A stretch of 63,863 nucleotides of DNA, taken from positions 1 to 63,863 of IMG/VR virus record IMGVR_UViG_3300033481_000001. One strand, given 5' to 3'. Of the stretch, positions 37,770 to 47,633 are shown one piece after another; the stretch's first letter is position 1; each line of letters opens with the position of its first letter. The DNA comes from a virus. Its lineage: Duplodnaviria; Caudoviricetes. A program made the translations under genes and the position numbers. The notes beneath the pieces were generated by a model. It had not been told where the DNA came from and made no database searches. It saw only the letters and a list, made by a program, of their open reading frames with translations.

Positions 37770-39487
37770 CGCACCCCCGACTGGCCGTTGCGTGTCTGAT
37801 CTCGCGACTTCCCGCGCGTCTGCCGCTGGATCTCCTTGATGAGCAACTCGCTGTGCTTGCGCGCGACTTCCGGCGAATCAAGGTTCCCGGCTGCGTTGAA
37901 GTGAATGTCGCCGAAGTGAAATTCGTTCTTTTCCAAGCCTACGCCTGTTCCCCACGTGCCGACGCCCTCCGGCCGCTGGTACATGCCAGGCGGAACGGTG
38001 ACAGCCGACGGAGCAGGCTTCCTGGCAAGCCAGGATGGATTCGTCTCGTCTTCGAGCCCGAGCCATGGCTTGCCGAACCCTTCGTTCACCCGCTGCTGCT
38101 GCTCGCGGATGCTCTTGGACGTGGCCATCTTCCCGCCGGTCATCCCGCCGAATACCTGCCCACCGGTAGTCCATCCCAGCGCCACGCGTACGGGTAGAGG
38201 GAGATCGTTGTACCAGTTCGCCACCGTGTCATAGAACCCATTCCACAGCTCTTCCCACCACTGCTTGAGAGGGTTCCACGCATCACGCAGGCTCTGCGCT
38301 GCGATGACGAGTCCACCGATGCCAGCGACGAGCAGGCCAAGCGGCCCGCTGCCAGTCGCCAGAGCTACTGCCGAGGATCCCAGGACGGCAAGCGCTCCCT
38401 TTGCCACTTCAACGGCATAGGGGAACTTCGTGAGCAGCCAGCCCGTGACGCTCGTTCCGCCCTGGTAGAAGATCCAGAGGTCTTCTGCGACGAGCGCGAA
38501 CGCGGCGATGAGCCCACCGGTGAGGATTCCACGGATGCCACCAAGGCCAGCCTTCAACGCCTCGGCTGCTCCCGCCCCCGTCTTGAGCTTGGCGGCCACG
38601 TTCCCGATCTGCGCGCCCCATTCCATGAACATCGCGCCATATTTGTGCGCGTAGAAGACACCAAAGATCGCGAGGATCTTCCCGGAGTGCTCCCATAGCA
38701 GCTTGGCGACTTCAACCACCTTCGTGATCGCGTGCTGAATCTTGGCGATGTTGTCGCTGTTCTTCGTCCACTCGATGAACCGCTTGAGCAGATCATTCAC
38801 CGTCGGCATGAGCGCCACGGCAATGCGAGTCTTGAGCTTCGTCACCGAGTCGCCGGCCTTGCGGAACAGCTTCTCGGTCGCGTCGGCGTTCGCATAGTCC
38901 TGCTCGGCGAATGGATTGGCCGCCATCGCCTCGGCGCGCAGTCGCTCGAAGTTGGCGCGACCTTGGGAAAGCAGGTAGATCGTCGCCGGGTCGAAGCCTA
39001 GCCGACCGCCCAGAGCGTTGCGCTGTGCGATGGTCGGCAGCTTCGCCATACGGTCGGCAACATCGCCGAGCAGCTGCTCAGTCGTCTTGACGTTCCCGTT
39101 CGCGTCCTTCACCGAGATACCGAACTTCTGGAAGAGCATGCGCCCACGGCCGACGCCCATGGCGGCCTGCCCGGCCATGCTGGTCAGCGATCGCAGGGCT
39201 CCTTCCATCGCTTCCAGCGAGGAATCGTTCTCTCTCGCAACCTTGCCCAAGGCATCCACGGATCGAGCTGAGATGCCCATTTGCTCGCTGAAATTCTGGA
39301 TTCCACCCATGCGCTCGGCGGCGCTCTTGACCATGTGCTCGATGCCGTAGACGGCGCCAGAGATGGCACCGGTGATTCCCAGGGCCATGCCCTTGGCCTG
39401 CTCCGCCATCTTGGCGAAGCCTTCCAGGCCTTTCGGATCGATCGAAAATCCGAGGCGGATCATCAGGCTGTCGAGCAGGGTCGGCAT
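37766..39487 (-). CDS. Tape measure protein
   Basis: Ala/Gly-rich helical, hydrophobic segments; follows chaperones. Confidence 0.88.
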   Translation of the reverse strand: MPTLLDSLMIRLGFSIDPKGLEGFAKMAEQAKGMALGITGAISGAVYGIEHMVKSAAERMGGIQNFSEQMGISARSVDALGKVARENDSSLEAMEGALRSLTSMAGQAAMGVGRGRMLFQKFGISVKDANGNVKTTEQLLGDVADRMAKLPTIAQRNALGGRLGFDPATIYLLSQGRANFERLRAEAMAANPFAEQDYANADATEKLFRKAGDSVTKLKTRIAVALMPTVNDLLKRFIEWTKNSDNIAKIQHAITKVVEVAKLLWEHSGKILAIFGVFYAHKYGAMFMEWGAQIGNVAAKLKTGAGAAEALKAGLGGIRGILTGGLIAAFALVAEDLWIFYQGGTSVTGWLLTKFPYAVEVAKGALAVLGSSAVALATGSGPLGLLVAGIGGLVIAAQSLRDAWNPLKQWWEELWNGFYDTVANWYNDLPLPVRVALGWTTGGQVFGGMTGGKMATSKSIREQQQRVNEGFGKPWLGLEDETNPSWLARKPAPSAVTVPPGMYQRPEGVGTWGTGVGLEKNEFHFGDIHFNAAGNLDSPEVARKHSELLIKEIQRQTRGKSRDQTRNGQSGVR

Positions 39488-39488
39488 G

Positions 39489-39671
39489 CTACTCCTCTGG
39501 CTTTGGCCGAGCGGCCTCGAAGCGCCGAAGCATCTCGGCTTCCATGTCTAGGGCCTCGTGCATGTCCATCAGCTGACACACGTCGTACGTCCCTGGCCCC
39601 GTCTGGGTGAGTTGCCAAAGCTGGCAGAGGGGCGGGTTTCTCAAGATGGGCCTCCAAATCCACCCGTTCAC
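39489..39671 (-). CDS. Tail assembly chaperone C-terminal extension (gpT-like)
   Basis: WIWRPI...MHEALD; its frame is open back to the slippery site. Confidence 0.7.
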   Translation of the reverse strand: MNGWIWRPILRNPPLCQLWQLTQTGPGTYDVCQLMDMHEALDMEAEMLRRFEAARPKPEE

Positions 39672-39700
39672 GTTGTCCGACGTGACGGGTTGTACACCGT

Positions 39701-40111
39701 TCAGGTCTTGCTCTGGGGCTGGGACTTTTGAAGGAGCCCTTCTCCTAAAGGGCCGAGGTTATGCTTGATCGCGGCGATGAAGACCTCCCAGATGTCCTTG
39801 GGACGATCGGCGAAGTCCTCGTTGATGTCTCGGAACGGCTTCCCGTCGATGCGGACATACTGGAACAGCATGTTCATCAGACGTAGCAGCTCTGCGTGGG
39901 TGAGGTTTTTGGCGATGCCGCCTACGACGTCGGCCAAGCCAAGCGCCACGGCCTCAGCGAGCTTCCCAGCGCCAGCCGCGGTGATGGCCGAAATGTCGAT
40001 GTTGCCAGCAACGCGAGCGATGGAGAGCTCCAGGTCGAGAGCCTCCGTCGCCGCGCAGCGGTGAATCTCGATCGTGCGACTGCCGATGCTGATTTCCGTC
40101 TTGGAGATCAT
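39701..40111 (-). CDS. Tail assembly chaperone (gpG-like)
   Basis: Between tube and tape measure genes. Confidence 0.8.
   Translation of the reverse strand: MISKTEISIGSRTIEIHRCAATEALDLELSIARVAGNIDISAITAAGAGKLAEAVALGLADVVGGIAKNLTHAELLRLMNMLFQYVRIDGKPFRDINEDFADRPKDIWEVFIAAIKHNLGPLGEGLLQKSQPQSKT
39746..39752 (-). promoter_or_regulatory. -1 frameshift slippery heptamer C CCT TTA
   Basis: X XXY YYZ in correct phase; -1 frame open into 39489-39671. Confidence 0.75.
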
Positions 40112-40113
40112 GG

Positions 40114-40578
40114 TTAGCCCAACGCCTCAGCCAGCGACGTCGCCATGCCGGTGAAGGGAGGATCGCCGAGGATGAACGTCCCGTTTTCTAGCACGAAGAC
40201 CCACTCGACCACGCCCGCCTTGGCGCCGCGGACATAGTCCGGATGCTTCTTGACGTAGCCGACGGTCGTGCCCACCGAGTCAAGCCGGTAGGTATCCGCC
40301 TGCTCGACGGTCACCGGGACGAAGCTCTCCAAGAAGTCCTCAGCCGAGGTGATCTTGTTCAGGTAGCCGTTGCTCGGGCTGGTCTGCTGCAGCTTGATCG
40401 TCACCTCGACGGACTTGTCAGCGCTCAGGCTGATGGCCATGTGGCCGTCAACGCCAACCTCGTCGCTCGCATTGTCCACTCGGCGCGACACCTTGAAGGC
40501 ATCGTCACCCGGTGCGAAGTTCGTCAGCGGAACGTTGTTGACCGTCGTCAGACTCTTGCGCCAGTCATAGAATTTCAT
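40114..40578 (-). CDS. Tail tube protein (DUF3277-like)
   Basis: VGVDG, LQQTSPSNGYL. Confidence 0.85.
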   Translation of the reverse strand: MKFYDWRKSLTTVNNVPLTNFAPGDDAFKVSRRVDNASDEVGVDGHMAISLSADKSVEVTIKLQQTSPSNGYLNKITSAEDFLESFVPVTVEQADTYRLDSVGTTVGYVKKHPDYVRGAKAGVVEWVFVLENGTFILGDPPFTGMATSLAEALG

Positions 40579-40598
40579 GGGTGCTTTCTCCTTCTCGG

Positions 40599-41738
40599 TT
40601 AGCGCTGGAAGATGATAGTCGGGGCCAGGTACTGGAGAGCACCTGCGCCGACGATTGCCGTGGTGATGGCGGGGGCTTTGCGGGCGGCTCGGTCGGCAAC
40701 CGTCATGGTCGAGACGGGCTGAGCGTAGGAGTACCAGCCCTTGTCCACCCAATCGCCCATCACAAGCGTCCCAAAGCCTGGGAAATTCCAGTAGCCAGGG
40801 GCGATGAGCCCGTTGCGCACTGCCTTGTTGAGCGTCGACTTGGCTGCGTTCACCAAGATCTGGCTGCCCTTATCCGTGGCGGGAATGCGCTGCGAGCGGA
40901 TGCAGTTGAGGTAGTCCACCTGCATGTTGGCGACGAGCCAGTCAAGCGCCATGCCCTCGTCTTGGAAGCGGCCATCCGAGGCAAGTCCACGCTGGAGCAT
41001 CTCGGTGGTGCCAAATGTCGTGTAGACGTTGCCGTTCCACCCAACCGTGCTGCCATCGGTCTTGCCGCAGATGCGGTCAAACTGCGTCTGCGTGAGCGTC
41101 GATGAGCCGATCCCGGTGAAGTTGGCCATCAGCGCCGTCTTGAGAGAGTTCGGCTGGTCGTACTGAGTCGTCAGGTAGAACGCCATAGCAGCGGCGTGGA
41201 TGTTGGCGCCGGAGTCGCTGGCAGCGTCGCTGTACAGGCCGAAGCTGCGCGCGTAGTTGACGGCGCTCGCCTCATACAGCATGTTCGTCGGGGTTCCCGC
41301 CGGGGACAGGCAGTCTGCTTCCTGGGTGCAGAAGAAGAAGCGACGGCCAACCGACTGGCACCAGCCGTTGATGATCTGCTGATTCGCCGCCGACACGTCG
41401 GAGACGGTGGCCACGCCGTAGAACGCGGGGTCTTCATCCACGCAGGCCGCGATGGCCTCGGCGTAGGTCTCGGTGTCCGCCTTCACGCCGACCTTGAGCG
41501 ATGCCGGGGTGAAGTCGTTCTGGCCGAAGTACATCGCCGCGAACGCCTTGAGGACGGTGTCCGTCGTGTACTCCGCTGCCAGGTCGGTGTAGTTCGTGAA
41601 CTCTTGGACGCGCCCGTTGCCGGGGATCGCCGTCTCATGGGTGAGAACCAGCCCGATGCTGAAATTCGGCGCTGCTTGCGGGGTTGCCGTGAGCACCAGA
41701 GTGATCGGAGCGATGTTGTTGAGTGAGAGAGTACTCAT
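40599..41738 (-). CDS. Tail sheath protein (DUF3383-like)
   Basis: NGNVY, G.FQDE...DWL, IPATDKG, DRAARKAP, AGAL. Confidence 0.88.
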   Translation of the reverse strand: MSTLSLNNIAPITLVLTATPQAAPNFSIGLVLTHETAIPGNGRVQEFTNYTDLAAEYTTDTVLKAFAAMYFGQNDFTPASLKVGVKADTETYAEAIAACVDEDPAFYGVATVSDVSAANQQIINGWCQSVGRRFFFCTQEADCLSPAGTPTNMLYEASAVNYARSFGLYSDAASDSGANIHAAAMAFYLTTQYDQPNSLKTALMANFTGIGSSTLTQTQFDRICGKTDGSTVGWNGNVYTTFGTTEMLQRGLASDGRFQDEGMALDWLVANMQVDYLNCIRSQRIPATDKGSQILVNAAKSTLNKAVRNGLIAPGYWNFPGFGTLVMGDWVDKGWYSYAQPVSTMTVADRAARKAPAITTAIVGAGALQYLAPTIIFQR

Positions 41739-42361
41739 TGTGTCACCTCAATTGGGAAAATGTCTGGTGTCGTCTGCCCGGGTTGCGCAGCTCGAACCTC
41801 GGCAGCCAGAGATCCGAACGATTCGAGCAGGAACTGCTCGCGGTTCACAATCACGAAAGTCATGTCGACTCCGCCACGGTCTTCCCATACGGCGCTGTCG
41901 ACGAGCGCGCCGACGTCGCGGGGAGCGGCGGAATCCTCCAGGCCAAGCCCCATGCGCTCCATCAACTCCATCATGGCGCTGGACGCAAGCACGGTGTCGA
42001 GGCGCGCCGCCTTGTCGACGGCGGAGAGCCCAAACTTGGCATGCCCAGCAGCATCCTTGGCCGGCGATGCGTGCCGAAAGAACTGGATCGACGCCGTGAA
42101 CTTGTAGACGTTCTCGACGTCTTCCAGCACCTTCGTGCTGTTCACCGTCGGATCGTCCTCGTAGGTTACCGACCATGCACCGAAGTCCGACGTCGGCCCA
42201 GCGATGATCTTGACCGTCGCAAACTCGCTCATCTCGTCGCCCGTAGGATACGCCTGCCCAGCCGGCCGCACGCTGTTGGCCGCCATGCTGTAGGCCGTGC
42301 CGACGAGCACCCGCACGAGGTACGAGCAGGCATCACCGAAGGACGGGGGAAGGTATGCCAT
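41735..42361 (-). CDS. Tail completion/neck protein
   Basis: Synteny and ATGA coupling. Confidence 0.7.
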   Translation of the reverse strand: MAYLPPSFGDACSYLVRVLVGTAYSMAANSVRPAGQAYPTGDEMSEFATVKIIAGPTSDFGAWSVTYEDDPTVNSTKVLEDVENVYKFTASIQFFRHASPAKDAAGHAKFGLSAVDKAARLDTVLASSAMMELMERMGLGLEDSAAPRDVGALVDSAVWEDRGGVDMTFVIVNREQFLLESFGSLAAEVRAAQPGQTTPDIFPIEVTQ

Positions 42362-42732
42362 TACGTTCCCACCCTGTTGTGAATTCTCTGGGCCAGCGCC
42401 TTCGTCATGCCGTGCAGGCCGAACGCCTGGACGTGCAGCACGCGGTAATGAGCGCCAGCTGAGTCGACGAGCAGATCGGGCAAGGTCGAGGTCGTGCCAA
42501 CGCTGATCTCGCCGGCCGTGAAGAACGCCTGCACGTCGGCAAGGCGCGTTCCCTCTGGGAGCAGGTTCGCATCTGCCGTTGCCGCCGGCTGTACGATGCC
42601 AGTCATCACCAGATCGGTATAGGTCGGCGTCGCAAGGCCAGCGTTGGCTAGCGTGACGGCTGGGCGCTTGCGGGTGAACGTGGTGCCGCCCAAGTCGTAG
42701 TCACTCATCAGGTCGGTGACGTCGATTCGCAT
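42361..42732 (-). CDS. Head-closure/neck protein
   Basis: GIVQPA...LLPEG.R motif. Confidence 0.72.
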   Translation of the reverse strand: MRIDVTDLMSDYDLGGTTFTRKRPAVTLANAGLATPTYTDLVMTGIVQPAATADANLLPEGTRLADVQAFFTAGEISVGTTSTLPDLLVDSAGAHYRVLHVQAFGLHGMTKALAQRIHNRVGT

Positions 42733-43205
42733 CAGGCCACCTTCCCGCCGGCAGGCTCGATGACGTACGTCACGGCCTGTCTGAGGTTTCCGCTATCCAG
42801 CAGCGGCTTAGAGCTTCCCTTGCGCGCGATCGTCGCGGGCTTCAGCGGCTCGAAGGTTCCGACGGTGAACTCCCGCTTGACTTCGCCAGCCGCTACCACG
42901 CCAAGCTGCTCAATCGCCTGCTCGACTGTTTTCTGCCCGAGCACGACGAGCCTCAAGTTGGCGGCATTCAACCGCTCGAACTTCGGCATGCCTCGCCGAA
43001 TGCCAGCCCGGATGAACGAACGCTCGGGGATGTTGTTCTCGGGCGAGCCGAACTCGTGGACGGCCGCGATCATCGCCAGCGACGTCCCGTCAGGCTCAGT
43101 CTTGCCAGCAGGAACCCCCACCATGACGGCTCGGTTGGCGTCCTGCATTCGCTCACGCAGTGCCTTCAGCCCGGGGAAGTCTCCGCCGATGACTGTTGGC
43201 TTCAT
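42732..43205 (-). CDS. Virion morphogenesis (neck) protein
   Basis: HEFGS, IPERSF, TIARKGSSKPLLDSG. Confidence 0.8.
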   Translation of the reverse strand: MKPTVIGGDFPGLKALRERMQDANRAVMVGVPAGKTEPDGTSLAMIAAVHEFGSPENNIPERSFIRAGIRRGMPKFERLNAANLRLVVLGQKTVEQAIEQLGVVAAGEVKREFTVGTFEPLKPATIARKGSSKPLLDSGNLRQAVTYVIEPAGGKVA

Positions 43206-43375
43206 CCGATCACCGCCGAACCAATCTGCACGATTCCATTCGACACGCGCGCAGAGCCGATGAACTGCGAACAAGGCGGAGCGGCTGGCGCAGCTTGAAT
43301 CACCGGAGGAGGGGTAGCGCAGGGTAGCGTTTCCGATGCTTCGAGCCGTCGTTCTTTGCGCGTCTTCTTCTTCAT
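43202..43375 (-). CDS. 57-aa hypothetical protein
   Basis: MKKKTRKERR...; ATGA overlaps at both ends. Confidence 0.55.
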   Translation of the reverse strand: MKKKTRKERRLEASETLPCATPPPVIQAAPAAPPCSQFIGSARVSNGIVQIGSAVIG

Positions 43376-43740
43376 ACGCCAACCGCTCCGCCCAAACCAA
43401 TGCGGTCGCGCAGGGCCGCGTACTCTCGCCCGTAGCTCGTGAGCAAGTACGGGTCCTCGGCCTGCTTGTTGAGAATCTGCCCGTCGAATCCCATCCCGAC
43501 GGGGCCCACGTGCTTCTCGCTGACGTTTCCGGTATCAACCTGCAGCCCCTTGGCCTGCCTCGCCTTGCTGATGACGATCTTGTGCGCGACGAAGCAGGCC
43601 AGCCCTTCAAGGTACCGAGTCCCCCAACGGACGACATCGAAGTGAGTGACAGCAGCATCCAAGAACTTCTGGATATAGCTGCCGTCAAGCGCATCGAAGT
43701 CGCCGTCGGGCCAAAACGCTTTGAACTCGGTAGGGGTCAC
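43372..43740 (-). CDS. Head-tail adaptor (DUF4054-like)
   Basis: FVAH...TSYGREY. Confidence 0.82.
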   Translation of the reverse strand: MTPTEFKAFWPDGDFDALDGSYIQKFLDAAVTHFDVVRWGTRYLEGLACFVAHKIVISKARQAKGLQVDTGNVSEKHVGPVGMGFDGQILNKQAEDPYLLTSYGREYAALRDRIGLGGAVGV

Positions 43741-43748
43741 GTGATGTC

Positions 43749-44972
43749 CTAGGAGGCTGGGTCCCCGTAGGCGCAGTTGTCGAGGTAGTACATCGACTTG
43801 GCGAAGAGCAGCTTCGGAGCGGTGTAGCGGTACCGGCCAGGCACCACAATGTCGGTGTTGCGCGGCTGGGGAGCGAGGAACGTCAGAGGCAGCGGGATGT
43901 GCATCACGAGCCGCTCAGGATTCTTCGAGTAGAACACCACGCGCGAACTGGTCGTTCCCACGTTGGTCCCTGCGTGCGTGAGAACACCGGCGTAGCTGAG
44001 CGAGCTTCCCGCGGCCGTGTTCACGGCGCCGGCAGTCGTCAGATCGTCGGGGATGCCGTGGAACTGAATGTCGATTCCACCGACCAGCTTGCTGACGTTG
44101 TTTGCCTTGACGTACTCCAGAACCGTCATCGGCGTTGCGATCGTCACGCCACCCGTGGTGACAGTGACCATGCGGCTCGACAGGTAGCTGAGGAGCTTCA
44201 ACGGCATCGCGATGTCAGTCACGAAGTCGTTGGTTCCGGTGTTTTCGTACACCGCTGCGATCGGCTTGGTGATGTCGTCGATGATACCGAGCACGCTGGT
44301 GCCGTCGTAGTTCCACGCGCCAGTAGTAGCCGCTACGGGAGTCACGCCAGCCTGATTCCATAGGCCTTTCTGACCGGTGCGGGTGTCTCCCTTGAGAGCC
44401 ACCATGTTCAGGTGACGCTTGTACGCGTTCAGCGCGGCGGCCATACGCATTTCCGAGAGAGGACGCTTGAGCTGTGCGCTCTCGATCAGCTCTTGGATGT
44501 CGTAGTGGTAGCCGATCTTCCCGCCCTTGACTTCGATCACGACACGGTCGAATCGCGCATCCGCGAACGGCATGTCGGTCGAATCGGGGGCAGCGATGTC
44601 AGCAACACCAACATCGTCGTAGACCTGGGTCTCGACGGTGGTCGCCCACGGTGGAGCCTCGAATGACAGCGGCATCACCTTTTCGTAGATGACCGGGTTA
44701 CGGTGCTTCTTCAGCATGTTGGCTTCCGTGTACGCCAGCTGGCTGACGTTCCACGCGAGCGGGTCGGTGCTGTCGAATGCGCCCTTGCGCGGCTGGGGGA
44801 ACAGACCGCCGTAGGCCTTCAGAGCCGCGTCGATCTGGTTGTAGCGAGTTGCCTTGCTTCCGGTCAGGGTCACGTTCTTGGGGTGGCCATCGGAACCGCA
44901 AACGCGGATGACGACGGCATCCTCCACCTGTCCGGTCTTGGCATCGGTGACTGTCTTCCTCTTGAGCAACAT
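43749..44972 (-). CDS. Major capsid protein (DUF2184-like, HK97 fold)
   Basis: GYHYDIQEL, ALKGD...GLWN, PLPLTFLAPQ. Confidence 0.88.
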   Translation of the reverse strand: MLLKRKTVTDAKTGQVEDAVVIRVCGSDGHPKNVTLTGSKATRYNQIDAALKAYGGLFPQPRKGAFDSTDPLAWNVSQLAYTEANMLKKHRNPVIYEKVMPLSFEAPPWATTVETQVYDDVGVADIAAPDSTDMPFADARFDRVVIEVKGGKIGYHYDIQELIESAQLKRPLSEMRMAAALNAYKRHLNMVALKGDTRTGQKGLWNQAGVTPVAATTGAWNYDGTSVLGIIDDITKPIAAVYENTGTNDFVTDIAMPLKLLSYLSSRMVTVTTGGVTIATPMTVLEYVKANNVSKLVGGIDIQFHGIPDDLTTAGAVNTAAGSSLSYAGVLTHAGTNVGTTSSRVVFYSKNPERLVMHIPLPLTFLAPQPRNTDIVVPGRYRYTAPKLLFAKSMYYLDNCAYGDPAS

Positions 44973-45000
44973 GATGTTTCTCCTTTTTCCGTGTTGCCGA

Positions 45001-45573
45001 CTAGGAAGTCAGCGTTGCGGTGGGCTGCTGCCCAATGATTTGAACAACGCCTACTGCACCTTGCAGGCAGGCAAACTTCCACTTGTGGCCGGTCATCAGG
45101 ATACGGGTCGTGCCGTTGGCAATTCCGCCCTTGGTGCCGCCCAGGTTCGTGGTCCCGTGCGCCCACGCGTACGGAGTCGAGAGCGCCAAGACAGCGTCAT
45201 CCTTGCGCACATCTTCGGCCGCAACCACGTTGACCTCGCCGAGCACGTAGATGCCCAGCTCCTCGCCGGACTTGTAGCCGATCACGTTCGTCGGCAGGGT
45301 GGCGCTCATCTGGGGCAAGCGCGAGGTGATGCCGCGGATGGTCTGCGAGCCGTTCGTCGCCGAGAAGGGGACGATCGTTTGCTCAACGGAGCCGTCAGCG
45401 ACGGCAACGCCGAAGTCAACGGTGCCGAGGCCATCGACGCCGCCGGCCGCGTTCACGGTCCCAGCAGTGCCAGCATTGACGAAGGTCGTGAGGGCGAAAG
45501 CCCCATCCCCGTGGCGCGTACCGGGCAGACCTGCATCGAGTTCGTAGCCGCCAGTGGTGTCAAGAATACTCAT
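45001..45573 (-). CDS. Head decoration/cement protein
   Basis: VDFGVAV; between protease and capsid genes. Confidence 0.7.
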   Translation of the reverse strand: MSILDTTGGYELDAGLPGTRHGDGAFALTTFVNAGTAGTVNAAGGVDGLGTVDFGVAVADGSVEQTIVPFSATNGSQTIRGITSRLPQMSATLPTNVIGYKSGEELGIYVLGEVNVVAAEDVRKDDAVLALSTPYAWAHGTTNLGGTKGGIANGTTRILMTGHKWKFACLQGAVGVVQIIGQQPTATLTS

Positions 45574-45594
45574 GATGTTTTTCCTTTTCCTGTG

Positions 45595-46758
45595 TTACGC
45601 GTCCGCCTGGGCGTCGCTGGCGACGTCGTCGCCGAAAACTTCACCGTCGCCACCGAGGGCGCTATCATTGCCGGTCAGGGTGCGGGCAACCGCCGCATCT
45701 TGGGCCGCGAGTTCGCGCTGCCGCGGGAGAGCAAGCAGAGTAGTGAAGGCGCCGATGATCTGCGCGTCGCTTGCCTTCTCGATGCCGTCGGCGCCGAAGA
45801 TGCCAGCGCAAACGACCTTGTTCAACTCGTCGCCACAAGCCGCAACGATCGCAGCCTTGCGGATGTCGGCAGAGCTGCCCTTCAGCTCGATCGAGGGCGC
45901 CAGCTTCTTCGCGCCGTCCAGCACCTGCTGCCGCTCGGCCACGAGGGCGTCAACGTCGACGGCTGTCACCTTGGCGATCTTCGTCGTCAGGTCGGCGATC
46001 TGAGCGTCCTTGGCAGCGATTGCCGCTTTGACGGTGGTCAACTCGGCGTCCTTGGCCGCGAGCCGCGCCTTGGCCTTGTCCACTTCCTCGTCGAAGTCCT
46101 TGACCACCTGGTCGCGGTCCGCCGCCAAGCGGGTGATGTGGTTTTCGATGACGTCTGCCGCGGTCTCTTCGAGCTCGTACCGGGGCAGGCCGTCCACTGC
46201 GAGTTTCCTTGTGCTCATGTGGTTCTCCTGTTCATCTCCAATGCGGCAAACAGGGCCGCCCCTGGGAACGTCCACGATTGCGACGTGGTCGCCCAAAATG
46301 TCTCGTTGGTAGCCGTCGAATCCCTCGCCGGGAGTCAAGTCGAGGGAGAAGCTGTAGCCGCAGGACAGCGCGCCCTTGCCCTTGACCACCTTCTCGACCA
46401 TGCGGCCGTCTTTGATGATCGTGTGGCCACCGAGCAGCTCACCGTCTTGCTTGCCGATGTCACGCACTTCGCCCTTGGCCACGAGCGCCCAGTTGCGCGC
46501 CGTCACGCCTTCGGTCGGGTGGCCGTCGGTAACCGGGACATTCTCGAAGCTTGCCACCGTCTCAGGACGGAACACCTCGTCGGCCGTGCGCATGAGGCGG
46601 ACGATTGCCTTCGGATCTCCGTCCAAGCCAAGCTCACCGCGTGTGTACGTCTGCACGCCGGTGCGTCCGATGACCGCCGGAGCGCGAAGATACCCTTGGT
46701 TGGTGATCTCGCGCTTCGTGACGGCGAGCAGATCGTGAACGACACAACGTTGACTCAT
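45595..46758 (-). CDS. Prohead protease/scaffold (DUF2213-like)
   Basis: RTGVQTY, VTDGHP, LSCGY, HVAIV..PRGG, C-terminal coiled coil. Confidence 0.88.
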   Translation of the reverse strand: MSQRCVVHDLLAVTKREITNQGYLRAPAVIGRTGVQTYTRGELGLDGDPKAIVRLMRTADEVFRPETVASFENVPVTDGHPTEGVTARNWALVAKGEVRDIGKQDGELLGGHTIIKDGRMVEKVVKGKGALSCGYSFSLDLTPGEGFDGYQRDILGDHVAIVDVPRGGPVCRIGDEQENHMSTRKLAVDGLPRYELEETAADVIENHITRLAADRDQVVKDFDEEVDKAKARLAAKDAELTTVKAAIAAKDAQIADLTTKIAKVTAVDVDALVAERQQVLDGAKKLAPSIELKGSSADIRKAAIVAACGDELNKVVCAGIFGADGIEKASDAQIIGAFTTLLALPRQRELAAQDAAVARTLTGNDSALGGDGEVFGDDVASDAQADA

Positions 46759-47240
46759 TTCTTCCCCATGATTTCGGCGTTGTGCTCTGCCGCTATCTTC
46801 GGGTCATGCCAGGCTTGCGCATACCTAGACACCTTCCCCTGCTTCACCAGTTGCTTTGCCGCGCCCTCATGTTTGCTTGCAAGTTCTGCGGATTCTGATC
46901 TTTGAGCAGGTGACAACTGAGTGAACGCGGATACGTTTCTGTGGCTAGCAGCTGCCTCCATGTGCGCGTGATAAATCCGATCCGGTTCTGCGTTCGATTT
47001 CTCCAGACTTTCCGCCCTTTGCGACAGTTCGTGAGCGAATTCCTTCCCTGCTTCTGGAAGTTTTCCCCACCCACTCGAACTTCCAGAGCCGCCTCCGCTA
47101 CTCCCTGCCCCACCTCCACCGCTCCCAAACTTCCCGTCTGGGTCTCTCGGCTGATCTGGATTCCAGTCCAGCGCTTTCGCGAGATGCCCAGCACGCGGCA
47201 CCCCGTCCCTTGCTAGTCGCTTGTAGAATGAGACGTCCAT
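46755..47240 (-). CDS. Putative internal head protein
   Basis: WNPDQPRDPDGKFGSGGG motif and Gly linker. Confidence 0.6.
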   Translation of the reverse strand: MDVSFYKRLARDGVPRAGHLAKALDWNPDQPRDPDGKFGSGGGGAGSSGGGSGSSSGWGKLPEAGKEFAHELSQRAESLEKSNAEPDRIYHAHMEAAASHRNVSAFTQLSPAQRSESAELASKHEGAAKQLVKQGKVSRYAQAWHDPKIAAEHNAEIMGKK

Positions 47241-47243
47241 GGG

Positions 47244-47633
47244 TTACTTCCCCTCGGCGTTCATCCGCGCGTGGATGGCTTGAATCTGCGGGAGCGGCAT
47301 GCCAGCGCAGCCACCGCCGTCGTTCATGTGCTGGTACAACGACATCGCGCCGCTCTTGTAGGCGTCCATGGCTTCCTGGTGACGGCCAGCGCCTTCGAGC
47401 ATCTGCCCGCGCTGCATGTGCGCGTCTGCCGCGAGGGCGTGATTGCGCGTGAGCGCGTGCGCCTGGGCCTTGGCGGTGAGGACGGCAACCATCGTGCCCA
47501 GCTCTTCGAGGTCTTCCAGCTCTTCCTCCTCGGAATCTTCCTGGTCGATGGCGTGCACCGGGAAGGCGCCCAAGAGGTTCTTCGCGTTCGCGTTTCCGTC
47601 GGCGGCAAGCCGTCGGTAGAGTTCGTTTTTCAT
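47244..47633 (-). CDS. Hypothetical head-module protein
   Basis: ATGA coupled; N-terminus similar to neighbour. Confidence 0.6.
   Translation of the reverse strand: MKNELYRRLAADGNANAKNLLGAFPVHAIDQEDSEEEELEDLEELGTMVAVLTAKAQAHALTRNHALAADAHMQRGQMLEGAGRHQEAMDAYKSGAMSLYQHMNDGGGCAGMPLPQIQAIHARMNAEGK

Noticed and set aside
44854-46905. 683-aa plus-strand ORF and similar long antisense ORFs
   Set aside because: Shadow frames of GC-rich minus-strand structural genes, without motifs.
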